Source: Utricularia gibba (lineage: Eukaryota; Plantae; Magnoliophyta). Taken from it: a stretch of 64,000 nucleotides of DNA. Positions 1 to 13,100 of the stretch are shown piece by piece (the first letter of the stretch is position 1; each line of letters starts with the position of its first letter). The notes under the pieces were generated by a model, which ran no database searches, was not told the DNA's origin, and saw only the letters and a list, made by a program, of their open reading frames with translations. Position numbers and translations under genes: made by a program. The stretch covers positions 1,798,001 through 1,862,000 of the forward strand of contig NEEC01000007.1 in NCBI GenBank assembly GCA_002189035.1, written 5' to 3'.

Positions 1-425
1 CCATAGGCCCACATCCTGATCATGATGAACCTTTTTTGACTGACAAATACACATATTGTCCCACAGACGCAAACGATCATAGATAGCTCTGTTGTTGACG
101 ATAAGGCATACATTTGAAAGCACAAAAAAACTCCCGTGTAGGAGAAGGCTGGACAAAATAAAAACTTTGCTCTACCCACAGCAACAACAACAAATTAGAG
201 ATCTGCGGCTAGGCAACAACATGAGTTACGCAGATTCTAGGGATTTAAATTAAAAAAATAAAATAAAACCGAAGCATTTACATAACCACAAAAGAAAAGG
301 AAGTCGGAGCTCAGGTTCCCAGAAATTCAAAAAGAAAAAGAGATTCAGTGATCAAATACCGCAACACTCCAGATGAAGAAATCAATAGGCTCTGGTGTCG
401 ACTTCTCTTTCTTATCCTTGCTCAT
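1..425 (-). CDS. Sterile alpha motif (SAM) domain protein, At3g07760-like; 5' part only (exon 1 425-360, exon 2 starts at 15 and runs off the window)
   Basis: Spliced reading MSKDKKEKSTPEPIDFFIWSVA|DVGLW with GT at 359 and CAG at 18-16; matches the recalled family start MSKERPPEPLDFFIWTVEDVGLW. Confidence 0.8.
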
Positions 426-941
426 AGCCGCCGAAAGAACGATCCAACGACCAGACGATTTCGTGCAGCGCGTGCCTGAACTGAAAGAACGAGCTATCGG
501 AGTAAAGAAATGCTGTTGATAGCCTTTCGAAGCCCCTGACTCGCTCAGACAGCCATAAGCCCCCGCCCCCATTTGGATCTAGAAGAAGCAGGACAAGATC
601 CATTGGGCCTACGGAACCTCAGAAAAAGTAGTCTGGTAGTTTCCTTGTACTCGTCGGATCAAGCGGCCCAAATAATTAACATTTTTTAATTAAATTATTA
701 TATGATAATACATTATTTATATAAAGATATTAAGCAAAGAGGAAATTATAAAAACGTGAGGCACAAAAAAAAAAAAAAAACCTCTTTCTAGAACAGCGTA
801 GTGTTATGGTTAATACAGAATCAAATGATTTGCTGTAAAAACGACACCAGAAGCACAAAAAGAGTGACTTTCCAGGCAAGATCAATCACTTGTACAACAA
901 TGAACCTCACCAAGCAGTGCTGCTCAGAAGAAAATCCAGCA

Positions 942-3900
942 CTAATTTTCAATCTGCCACAAATTGCTCTCGTTGCTTTGCTGAACATCTTCAGCAGTTG
1001 GCACTCTGCTGCCCTTGCTGATGATCCCTTTTCCGAAGTACTCTGCAATCACAGAGAAGCCATCCTCGGAATTTTTAAGTTGTTGAAAGAAGTGTTTTTC
1101 ATTTCTGCTGTTCTGCTCTAGTTTTCTCTTCATTTCGGACACGCGTCTGTACTCGGGCTCGCACTCTGGGCATTCCTTTTCGTTGTCACCAAGACAATGT
1201 TGATGGAACGAGTGCATGCACATGAAATGAACTGCGGGAAGGTTCAGTGTGAAGGTACAACGTGTACACTTGCTCAGCTGGAAGATACTGGCATTTGTTC
1301 TTAGATCCTGAGTTTCTTTCCTCATGGAAATAGTCTGTTCCTGCAAATAAAACATCATTCAGTGTCATCCAAAAGGGATTGCGGGAAGAACGATAATGAA
1401 AAGCATGCCACGAGGAAATGCGTTGTAATGAACCTGGTATTTTTCAATGGCTACCCTGGAGTCCTCAATCATCCTCGTTTCCTGTTCTAGCTTTCTGGAA
1501 ATGTAATCCTTAATTACAGACACCGTGAGGCATGGATTTCTGGACAATATTTGAAGAACTATAATTGGAGGCAGAATGTCATCCCTCTCTATGTAACTCA
1601 AAACCTGTTTAACTTCTACCGAGCAATCTTCTCCAAGTTCACTGAAGTACTTCAATAGGTCTACCCAAAGCGAAGGGTCTCCACTAGTACCTGAGTCCCC
1701 GAGTCTCTTGCAGCAAGCAATTAAACCTTCATGGTCATGGGATTGCATGTAGCAGGCAATCACCTCCTTATATAGTTTCAACTTCTCATAAAGAAACAAT
1801 AGACCCTCTTTGAAGTGGTTGCTTTCACATAAAATAAGAGCGAGGTCAACATCATATAGAGGGTGCTCCTGGTCCGACGGCCATGCACTTTCAAGTAAAA
1901 GTAGAAGCTTTCGACACCGCTCTTGGAAACTTTTCTTCTCTGTGTTTAACAGAGCATCAACATAAGATTTTGTTTCTTCTCTATGAAATCTGTTTTCATC
2001 TTTTGTGGCATGCGAGAGTGAGAGCGAATCCAAGTCATTCGATAAATACAATTCTAGCAAAGTGTTATGTATTTCAACTTGAGCAGGAGAATCTTTCACT
2101 TTTTCTATGTACTTTTCAAGAAATTCCATAAGGGCCAGTGGACTATGGACAAATATATTGAGGAAATCAACTGGAGATGGCAGCATGGATAAAAACTGAC
2201 CATTCGATGAACCCATCCTGTCTGATTCCCCTTCAGTGCAAATCTTCATCAATAATTGAATTGTTTCAGCGGGCTTGTGTTCTATCAGAATTTTTCCATA
2301 CTCTTTCACAGTCACACCAGCTTGGCTAGGCTCAAGGCTATTTATGTAACGCAAAGCCTCGTCATACCTACCCAAGTCCTCGAGTAAAATCTTCAGGTAC
2401 CATTCATGCCTCCCTGACTTTTGGGCAACATAAATTGCATGTTCATGGTAATTGGCAGCCCGACAAACCCTTATTGCTGTTTCTACATCAAATTTGTGCT
2501 CCCCAACGCTGTCTTCACTTTTAATGAATACATTCAGCTTCTCCACATCTTTAAGCTTAGTATAGCAGTTGAGCAACAGAGTGGTGTGATCTTTGGAAGC
2601 ACATCCCTTTTCATGCAATTTTTCCAAGTACTGCGTTAGGTTGTGAATCCACTGTGCATCCAGAAACTTTTGTATCACATATGAAGGTTCAAGATGCCCA
2701 ATGGTATCCATGTACTGTTTCATTGCTTCATCATAAGATTGTTTGCTATATAAATGATCTCCATATTTCCTAAGCACCTCAGCAGTTGCTGCAGCATCAG
2801 CCTGCTGCCTTTGGACCAAATCAATAGCTATGGCATAGAGGTTCTTCTTGAAAAGCATATCTAATTTAGTTTCCATATCCTTCTCTGAAACAATAGTAAC
2901 AGACCTGTCAGCCATTATCAGAACTACACTACCCCATTCAGATACCATGTGCGAAACTTTTTCAACTGCAATACTGTGAGCTATTAAACGATTCTTCAAA
3001 TCATAAATGTTGAAGGTGTTCTTCTCAGTTCTCTGGTCAGCAATTACACAGATGAGGTATCCTCGAAACCATCCCACAAACTTCTTCTCTCCCTCAAAGG
3101 CCCAACATGGTCCTCTACCATCAACCTCATAAAAGAAAATGGCCTCAGGACGCCCGATGATCAATTCCTGCTTCCATAGTAATGCATATCAACTATTGCA
3201 TGAGCACACTAAATGAGTATACTGTGTACGGAGGATGATTAAAAACAATATAGCAGCAATCTTACCGAGTGATCACTCATCGCAACACACGAAATTTCAG
3301 AATCAATTTGATCCAGGATGTGACATTTAGGTGTATGGGCCTGTAAATTAAATAAGCTAACAGAGCCAGGTGTGACAGCAAATAGTTGAATTTCTTGACC
3401 ATCCACTCGAAAACCAAGCCCTGTAACAGCCGAACGTACTCCACCCGACTGACTGTTAACAACTTCAAGCTTGAAGCGCTTAATTCGTTCCCGGGCTATA
3501 TCACCATGAATGCAATAAATATGTCCATTATCAAGTCCAAGAGCAATCAGAATCACTGGCGGAGCTTCCTCAAGAACTACAAACGACGTGATCTGTATCG
3601 CAGCAAAAGAGGCTATTTGTTTTTCAAAGCTCAATATACTGAAAACATGGCGCCAGAATAAAAACTATACCTTAGCTTCCGGGAATTGGGTAGTGAATAT
3701 CCGCAAGATCTGAATACATTCTGGACCTGACGTACTTGATCCCTCTTCTTGCCTTCTGTCGAGGTCAAAAACCTTTAAACAAATAGAAGATTTCTTTTGT
3801 GCGATTTGCTCATCCTCTCCCACAGTCAATAACAAATTGCATTGCTGATTCAAACGCAAAGCCACAGGATCATATCACATAAGAAAACAGAATACTTTAA

Positions 3901-4169
3901 TTCCCCTCCCGACTAAAAAAGATGGAATGGCGCAGCGGATTAGCAAAACTTTGTACCTTCAGTTGCCGGAGAAAAAGAACGGAAGAGGAGTGAGCGGAGA
4001 AGGAGAACTGCAGCTGAAGAGCACGATCCAAGAGTGAAACGACGCCGTCGTCGGTGCCCAATACGATTCGGCCTCTCCCGCTAGAGCAGCAACAGATTTG
4101 GCCCTCAACCTCGTCCGGGATCTTCGAATTCTTCTCTTCGAAGAACTCGAACTTCCTCAATTGATACAT
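942..4169 (-). CDS. VPS11: Vacuolar protein sorting 11 (HOPS/CORVET subunit); exons 4169-3957, 3844-3671, 3592-3266, 3167-1434, 1340-942
   Basis: N-terminus MYQLRKFEFFEEK, clathrin-repeat region (KYGDHLYSKQ, HTTLLLNCYTKLKD), C-terminal RING CTRCTFTLNLPAVHFMCMHSFHQHC; all four introns GT-AG and in phase. Confidence 0.96.
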
Positions 4170-4342
4170 AATTCAACCTTCCCCTTCGCCGTTTCGGTAA
4201 TTCATATCATATATGCATCAACAACAATGGCTGAAAACTGTAAAATAAAAACTAAATATATCTCTGAATGGAAATTACGCTTTTAGCCATAGATCGATTC
4301 ATTGAAGTTTCCAGTGTATGACTCGAATATGCGAGACATTTG

Positions 4343-4570
4343 GCCGGTCCGATCGTTCAAAACCAACACTAGAACTAAACACCGTATGGACCGGTGCACT
4401 TCAAGCCGGTTTAACCACCCTGTGTTTGGAACCAATTCGGTTCAACCGATTTTACGAGAGATATGTGATATTTCAGTTCGATATCAACCGGTTTAACTAT
4501 CATGCGAGTGACACTTGAGTTGGATTTGATTCGGTTCAACAAGGTCCTAGAACACATCGGAACCGAGAGA
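4343..4570. repeat. Cluster of degenerate AACCG/CGGTT/CCGG motifs between the VPS11 start and the RING stop
   Basis: Repeated ggccggtcc, ggaccgg, gccggtttaacc, ttcggttcaaccg, aaccggtttaac, ttcggttcaac and ggaaccg within about 230 bp. Confidence 0.45.
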
Positions 4571-4735
4571 GAATTTTTTTGTAAGCAGCAAGTCAGGAAC
4601 TGGGAAGTATACATAACCGCATCTGTATCTGTTTCTGATCACCAAGACAGAGACCATATAGCTACCAAAAGGGAAACACAAAGGCAAATAGAATCACTAA
4701 TCGCAGTTGCACGTAGAATTTTGATCTGAAATGGA

Positions 4736-5359
4736 TCAGAAGATGTCAAGAATTTCAGCAATGGAGTTGTTACAAAGAGGGCAGCTACCTCTCTGAACCC
4801 ACACGTCCCTGGAGCACTGCCGGCAAAAGGTATGCCCGCAAGGAATGAACGCCGCCCCCTTGTGTCTCACCATACACACACAGCACCTGTTGTTGCAGTC
4901 CCCGTTCTCCAATTCCACTGACTCTTCCCCGTTTATCCTCACCTCCGATTCCGCCCACATTTGCCGATCATTCTCCGCCAGCAGCGCCATCAACGACACC
5001 CTCGTCGGTTCACGATCCGGCTGCGGGTCCCCGGAAGAAGCACCCTGGGCCTCCCCGCCGCCGCCTCGGCGAAGGAGACGGATCTTGTCTGCCAAATTAC
5101 GCCAGCTTTTTCTAGCGTCTATTTGGGAAGGCGCGGCTGAGACTCGTTCCTCGTTGATAATGTCAAGCAAGGTCCTAGTTGACTGGTTCCGCGTTTCGTC
5201 GGAAGGCTCCGGCGCGGGAGTTAACCGTCGTTTTTCCGTGAGAACGGCGTAGAGAGTCAACCCAGATGATGAACTATCCCGCTCTTCCTCCCTGAGCCTC
5301 AACAAGTCTCCCAAATTCCGGGAGTAGAGCTTTTCCCCATTAACGCCCAAGATCTCCAT
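4736..5359 (-). CDS. Intronless C3HC4 RING-finger (RING-HC) protein, putative E3 ligase
   Basis: C-terminal CCVCMVRHKGAAFIPCGHTFCRQCSRDVWVQRGSCPLCNNSIAEILDIF typical of the plant family; first ATG at 5359 (ORF track starts at an upstream TTG). Confidence 0.9.
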   Translation of the reverse strand: MEILGVNGEKLYSRNLGDLLRLREEERDSSSSGLTLYAVLTEKRRLTPAPEPSDETRNQSTRTLLDIINEERVSAAPSQIDARKSWRNLADKIRLLRRGGGGEAQGASSGDPQPDREPTRVSLMALLAENDRQMWAESEVRINGEESVELENGDCNNRCCVCMVRHKGAAFIPCGHTFCRQCSRDVWVQRGSCPLCNNSIAEILDIF

Positions 5360-6375
5360 CCACCCACAAACCCCAACCACCAAAAAACACTCCGATAACT
5401 CAAGAAACCAGATCTGATACGCAAGATTTGGGGCCAAACCCTGCAGAATGAAAAGAAAAACAGAAGAAAAGCGTCAGATCTGATACGGGATTGGAGCGGA
5501 AACTTGAGGAGAAGAGTGACACGCGGTGAAGCGGAAGACGAAGATATAAATTTTGTGGGCACAAATGAGTGAAAAAGGATGGTAAGGGAAGCTAATGTTG
5601 TACTCTGATTTTTGGTACCATTATTCTACTGCATTTAATAATTAACCATATTCGAAATTCAAGATATTTGACCCTATCCACCTACCTTTAATTTCAAACC
5701 CACACTTTGAAAACTGCCATAAATTTAGACTTTTTAAATGCCCATTTGTCTCATCCCTTAATTAGGCTCATTTACAAGTCTCTCCCACCTTAAAATTAAA
5801 AAATTATATTAAAAATAATCAATTTTTTCAATTAAATTTGAAATCACCCATCTAATTTTGAAATTTCAAGTGCAATCATGACACCTTTCAACTATCAAAA
5901 TCATACAATTAGCATTTTAAAATCCCTGAATTTTGTACACTTAGTAGTTAGCCCGATTCCATGATTTTTTGGATTCGGGTCCAATATTTTTATAAAAATA
6001 AAAGATCCGAAATTTAAGAACATTTAAATTTAAATATTATATTTTTTATAATATATATTATTATATATTATTAAAATTATATATATTTTTTATTGAGTAT
6101 TGTAATAATAATTTCAATAAAAAGAATAATTATTTTCAACCGTGTGTTCGACCGAGGAATATTACAAAGGTGATGAAAATTTGCTTCCTACGTCGTCGCG
6201 GATCCTCTCTTCATTTCTCTGGTTTTTGTTGCATTTCTCCCTCGGGTAGCGACGAATGGAAAGCACCAAAACCAAAAGCTCTCTTCATTTCGCTTAATGT
6301 TTGTGAGATTTTCTTGTAATTTCGTTGTTCCCATGATTTGATTGTTTTCCATCCTCCGATTTTTTTTTCATCACG

Positions 6376-9300
6376 ATGTCTGCTTTCGTGGGCATCCTCG
6401 TCTCGGATCCCTGGCTCCAAACACAGTTTACTCAAGTGGAGCTTCGAAGACTCGAATCACGAGTAATGAATTGGATTTTTTTCGACTAATCAATCGATTG
6501 ATTCTATATTATGTTTTGATATCGTGAATATCCCATGTATGCAGTATCGCTCTGCGAGAAATGAATCAGAAATTGTGGTTCTTGGAGCCCTCCCTGGAAT
6601 TATGGTGCAGTTGAAGGGCATTAGTGGCACGCTTTCTGAGGAGGAGGTTAAGAGCATCTTGAGCGAGTCCTGTTCTGATTGGGACCGAGAAGTTGATTTT
6701 GAGTCCTTTCTTCGGGTTCCTTTTCTGTTCATACCTATACAAGACGTTGCACATACTTTGTTGTCTGAATGATTAGATTGCTCTGTTTTGTAATTGTGAA
6801 GGCTTATGTGGATGTACAAGCTAGGGTGCCTGCTAAAAAGGGTGACTCGAGAAGCAGATATTCGTTCCGCTCGACTTCATTCCTCAAAGCTTCGACGACA
6901 ACTCTTCGTCACACGATCAGCGAATCCGAGAAAACTTCTTATGTTTCCCACATCAACAGTTTCCTTGGAGAAGATCCTTTTTTGGAGAAGTATTTTCCTA
7001 TAGATCCCTCGGGGAATGCTCTCTTTGAGCTCGCTAAAGATGGTGTTCTTTTGTGGTAACTTGGAGTTCTTCATATTAACTAAATCGCGACTCCTGTATT
7101 CCATTCTTTATTCTCTCTGTGCCTGCAAGCTGGGTTGCATTTTGAAAGTTGATTCTATTTGCAGTAAACTCATCAATGTAGCTGTTCCTGGCACCATAGA
7201 TGAGAGGGCTATAAATGTGAAACAGCCATTGAATCCATGGGAAAGGAATGAGAACCACACCCTGTGTCTCAATTCTGCTAAGGCAATTGGATGTACTGTT
7301 GTTAACATTGGAACACAGGATCTGGTGGAAGGGAGAGTAAGCTACTGCGTTCTTTGTAATTCATCGGAGCAAACTCAATAGAACGCTAAACTGTGTTACT
7401 GAGTGTTAGTTATTTTGCAGCCCCATCTGATCCTTGGGTTGATATCTCAAATTGTCAAGGTAAATGCGGTGTTTCAAATTGATAACTTCCAAGTGTTACA
7501 TGCTTTTTAACGCTGGTGAAAAATTTCCACTTTTGGGTTTCTCAGATCCAGTTGCTAGCTGATATTAATCTGAACAAGACTCCAGAACTAGTTGAGCTAG
7601 TGGAGGATGACAAGGTAACAAAATACTGATTCTAAATTTTGAATATGTGGCATAAGAAACGCGCACTACTCATTGCATTTGATCACTTTTGAGTAAACGG
7701 AAAAGGGTTGTTGTGCACTGGAATGCGGATCTCAATGTCAAGAGTGACAAACTAACCATTTATGAGTAACTAGATGTCATCATAGATTTGGATTTCATTC
7801 CATTTGTTTTCTCTGATTACAGAGTGTTGAGGAGCTTATCAACTTACCACCAGAGAAAATTCTTCTCAAGTGGATGAACTTCCATCTTAAAAAAGCTGGA
7901 TACAAAAAAGTTGTGACGAATTTCTCATCTGATCTAAAGGTAAATTAATGAATGCAGACAACCCTCATTCACAATCTCCGAAGCTTCTTTTGTTGTTTTT
8001 CTGAGATGTCAACAAGCTGTGGTCGTTATTCAATAGTAAAAAGATGGTAGTCATGGTTCAGAAGCTATGAGTGTAATCAATCATATTTTCTGATATAATC
8101 TGATTTACTTTTCACTTCAGATATAACAAGTTCATGCAAACTGCAGGATGGGGAAGCATATGCTCACTTGTTGAATACTCTTGCCCCGGAATATGGCACA
8201 AAAGCAACACTGAATACAGATGATCCTGCTGAGAGAGCAAATTTGATTCTCCAACAAGCAGAGAAAATGGATTGCAACAGATACGTAACTCCAAATGACA
8301 TTGTTGAGGGCTCTACAAACCTGAATTTGGCATTCGTTGCACATATATTTCAACACAGGTTCTTTTATTCCAAGTTACTTACATGCAGTGACCATACCTT
8401 AAAATGCATGCTATACACTACAACACAAGCATTTCATTGAAATTTGGAGGACTCATTATTTGTTTTTATTTATTCTCAGAAATGGATTATCCGCCGAAAA
8501 CAAAACCAGTTCATTTGCTGAGATGATGACATATGACACTGAAACTTCTAGGGAGGAAAGATGTTTCCGGTTGTGGATCAACAGTCTGGGAATTGAATCC
8601 TTTGTCAATAACATATTTGAAGATGTTAGGACAGGGTGAGATTTAACATTATTTTCTGTGTCATAGAGTTGTACTTTGGCTTGATTTTGATTCACGACAA
8701 GTGCAGATGGGTTCTGTTAGAGCTGTTAGATAAAGTTTCTCCTGGAAGTGTAAACTGGAAGTTGGCAACAAAGCCTCCCATCCAGATGCCTTTCAGGAAG
8801 GTTGAGAACTGCAACCAAGTTATAAGTATCGGAAAGGAACTGAATTTCTCCCTTGTGAATGTTGCTGGCAATGACATTGTGCAGGGAAATAAGAAGCTTA
8901 TATTGGGTATGAATCTTCCTTGAATGTTTAACAGCTAGCTTTTCCAAGGATTCTATTGATCAGCATCTTCCCTCTCCTCTGTAGCTTTTCTATGGCAGTT
9001 AATGAGATTCACAATGCTCCAGTTGCTGAGGAACTTGCGATCTCATTCCCAGGGAAAGGAGATAACTGATGCTGATATTCTCCGTTGGGCAAACAACAAG
9101 GTCAAGAAATCCGGTAAAGATCACCAGATGGAAAGCTTCAAGGTTAGAAAAACAAAAAAATCAATCTCTTGATGAATCGATGGGATGTCATAATGGGATT
9201 GTAACGAACAGGATAAAAGTCTCTCCAGTGGGACATTCTTCCTTGAGCTTCTAAGTGCAGTGGAGCCGAGGGTCGTCAACTGGAGCCTTGTAACAGACGG

Positions 9301-9657
9301 CGAAACAGGTAGGTATACACTTTCACCAGAAAAATCATAACTTTAATCTTCTTCCTCATCAAAAAAACAAAAAATGCAGATGAGGATAAGAAGCTGAATG
9401 CAACTTACATCATAAGCGTTGCTCGAAAGCTGGGATGCGCGATCTTCCTGTTGCCTGAAGACATCATGGAGGTATCTGCTGTGACTGTCTGTAAGTGATT
9501 TGCTGCGCCAACTTTCAAAGTGTGGCAAAAATATGTTCCCTTGTACGGACAGGTGAATCAGAAGATGCTGCTCACCCTTACCGCAAGCATCATGTACTGG
9601 AGCCTGCAGAGGGGGACTGAAGAAGAGACTGAACCAGCGTCCCCTAGCAGTATATGA
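6376..9657 (+). CDS. FIM5: Fimbrin (actin-bundling protein, four CH domains), FIM5-like
   Basis: [24 protein letters not shown] start; [60 protein letters not shown] motifs; consistent GT-AG exon chain ending ...SPSSI-stop. Paralogue assignment is less certain than the family call. Confidence 0.93.
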
Positions 9658-10144
9658 GCGACTGCAGCGTAGTACATTGAAACTATAATTTGTATACAAT
9701 TTTATTAAAAAAAATACACAATAATCACGCCTACTTATTCAAGCATAGCTATTTGTTGATTTTTAAGTTCTAATTCCACATTAATAAATCTGAAAAATTA
9801 ATAATTTAAAAAAATTAAAGAGATTATTTATTTTAAATATTTAATTTTCATTATTTTATGTTATTTTATTTCAAAAGTACTCATACAAAATCAAGAAAAT
9901 TATTAAAAACGGGCTGTGGGTGCTGCTCTCTCTCCCGCCATTTTGCCACATGGGGATGTGCCCTTTCTGGAATTAGCAGTTTCATTTCACTGTCTCCGGT
10001 GGGTACCGGAGTGTGTAGCAGACGCTTTGGTGTTTTGTCTTCGTGGGTTCCTTGAGGGAGCTGTCCGCAACTTCTTGGTCTCTGAAGAAGGTTGAAATTT
10101 GAGTTCCTAGGGTTGGCGTTTCCCCCAATCAGGATTTGGCGAGA

Positions 10145-13100
10145 ATGTCGTCTTTCGGCAGGATTATCCGTCTTGAACTTGATAATTTCAAGTCTTACAG
10201 AGGGAAACAGACCATAGGCCCCTTCTACAGTTTTACAGCAATTATCGGGCCTAATGGTGCGGGAAAGTCCAACTTAATGGACGCCATAAGTTTTGTGCTT
10301 GGTGTTCGTACAGGGCAGCTCCGTGGAACAAATCTTCTGGACCTCATTTATGCCTATGACGACCGGGAAAAGCATCAAAGGGGACGCAGGGCTCATGTCA
10401 AGCTTGTATACCAGACGCCTGAGGGTTCCGAGATTAAGTTCACACGCTCCATACTACCTACTGGTGGTAGTGAGTACCGACTTGGTGATGCGAATGGGGA
10501 CCTGGTCGTGAACTGGGATGAGTACAATCGGAAGCTCAAATCTATTGGCATCCTTGTCAAAGTTCGGAATTTTCTCGTTTTTCAGGTGATTAATTCTATT
10601 TTTGGTTGCCAAGCTCTGGGAAGTTACAGGAAAATGGATATGCCTTTAATATGGGAAAATGAATTTCAATCACTAACATAACCTAGTTACCTGAGTTTAC
10701 TGGTTTGAGAGAAGGCATTAGGATAAGATTATTAAAATAATTGTAGAATCCTTTCTTATCCATCCAATGGGTGCTGTATCAATTTCTAAGAAACTTCTGT
10801 TATTTAATGTAGCTCGCTTTTCGAATATTCACCCAGTTTAGACATAAACGAATGTCTCCTGTCGCCAAGACCAGTTCACGTGGCCAATTGTGCTTACTTG
10901 ATAAGAAGAATCCAGAATGTTTAAATTTTGATCTGGTTTGTTGGATTTTTGTCATCGAGTTTTTTTTATTCCAGGGAGATGTTGAGTCTATTGCCTCGAA
11001 AAATCCCAAGGAACTGACAGACCTTGTAGAACAAATTTCTGGCTCCGAAGAGTATAAGAGAAGATATGAAGAATTACAAGTACAAAAAGGCATGGCTGAT
11101 GAAAAAGCAGTGCTTGCTCATCAAAAAAAGAAAACCATTTCAGCTGAGAGAAAACAGAAGAAATTGCAGATGGAGGAAGCTGAAAGGCATCGCAAGTTGC
11201 AAGAGGAACTGGTATCTATGATGTTTTGTCTTTTAGTGCGTAATGTATGCACTAAGTTTAGTGTGATTCCGTAATTTATTTTGAAGGTTCAAGTTTATTG
11301 CTTTTACCATTTGATGTGCTATTCTTCATATGTCCAACTAACATAGAATTTGTATAGAAAAAATGGCTTCTGCTTGTTCTATTATTCAGCTGGATTCACC
11401 TTGACATCTCAACAGAAGTTGGTAATTCTTCATTCTAAATTCTGTGTTCTCTTTGATATTCCCATGCAGAAATCTTTGAAACAGGAACATGCATTATGGC
11501 AACTGCTGAATATAGAGAATGATATTGACAAGGCTAACGAGGACCGAGGTGTTGAAGATGACAGCTTGAAACAGATTCTTGCTGAACTGGAGGATTATGA
11601 GAGTGAGTTAAAGAGCAAGAAAAAAGAACAAGACGGGCATTTGAAAGAGATGGAAAAGTGCCAAAAGAGGATAGTTGAGAAACAAAAGAAAGTCGATAAT
11701 GTATATGTCCTTTTTCTATTTTCTGGGTTTTACCTATCTCCTAGTTTTCGATATGCTTTTGGTGATTGTAGGCCAGAAAAATGCAATACTGTCTGCCCAT
11801 GGATTGCCTACACCTTATGTTGTTTATATTCTAGCTGTTCTTCTAGCATAAAGAAGCGTGTGTGAAGTATTCCTTAATGCTAGTTCATTTCCTTTGATGA
11901 CAGCAACAATTGGAGCTTGTAAAGCAGAGAGAGGAGATATCACGTTTAAGTTCTAAAATAAAAAGTACTGAGAAGGAGTATGGTAAGAGAAAGGAAGAAA
12001 GAGAGAGACATTTACTCGAGGTTAAAAAACTTGAGAATGACTTGTTAGGCGTGACCAAGCAACTTCAAAGCTTACGGGAAAAAAGTGAGGATGCTGGTGG
12101 AAAGATTCAGTTGGTTGACAGTGAATTGGCAACATATCACCAGATGTAAGCAATACTCATATAATTGTTTTCTCAATGTTGCCAATTCCAGCGAACTTTA
12201 GTGATTACATAAGAGCCTTTTTTGTAGTAAAGAGGAGGCTGGGATGAAAACAGCTAAATTGAAGGATGAGAAAGAGGTTCTGGACAGGCAACAGAGTGCT
12301 GATATTGAAGCCAAAAAAAATTTAGAAGAAAATATTCAGCAGTTGAGAAACCGAGTGGATGAACTGAAGTTACAAAAGGAGCAAATGGAAGATAGACAAA
12401 AAAAGAATGTTCTGGCAGTTGAAAAGCATAAAGCAGATATTGAGCGTGCCAAAGAGGAACAGAGGAAATTGAAGGAGAAGCTTGCAGAGTCTAGGTAAGT
12501 TGGAATCTACTTCCCTTTCACTTATTTTGTGACACCAAGATTTTTTTTTTGTTTTTGTTTGAATACTTAATGCACGTTTTCAGGCATAAGCATGAAAATC
12601 TGAAAGCAAGGATTAGTGAAATTGATAGCCAGCTACGTGAAATGCGGGCTGACAGACATGAAAGCGAGAGAGACAAAAAGTTATCTCATACAGTTGACAC
12701 ACTTAAACGCCTGTTCCCAGGTGTTCATGGCCGCATGACTGATCTCTGTAGGCCTACTCAGAATAAGTATAATCTTGCTGTTACTGTTGCCATGGGGAAA
12801 TTCATGGATGCAGTGGTTGTAGAGGATGAGCAAACAGGAAAGGAATGCATCAAGGTAAACGAAGATTTTCAATATCAACTTGTGCCAACAATTTAGGAGT
12901 ATTTGGCTACATCACAGCTTCTCTCACGTCTTATCCTTTTTTTTTTAATTTTCTTTCTGGCATAGCATGCCACGAGCATTTATATATTTCTTTAACAGGA
13001 GTGTGGAATTATTTCATCCGCTGTTTTCTTTTCTATGGACGTCCTTTTAATTCCTTTTGAAGCTTACATGTATTCTCAATGGTTTATTCTTGTGCATGTT

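Noticed and set aside
5640-5990. MITE or Mutator remnant in the RING-fimbrin intergenic region
   Set aside because: No paired terminal inverted repeats or target-site duplication could be identified.
9601-9657. Short fimbrin C-terminus as a truncation event
   Set aside because: All four CH domains are complete, and the tail after CH4 is variable among plant fimbrins.
11701-11903. Second U12 intron in SMC1 (TTCCTTAAT near the 3' end)
   Set aside because: The donor GTATATGT does not match GTATCCTT, and the AG nearest the motif is out of frame.
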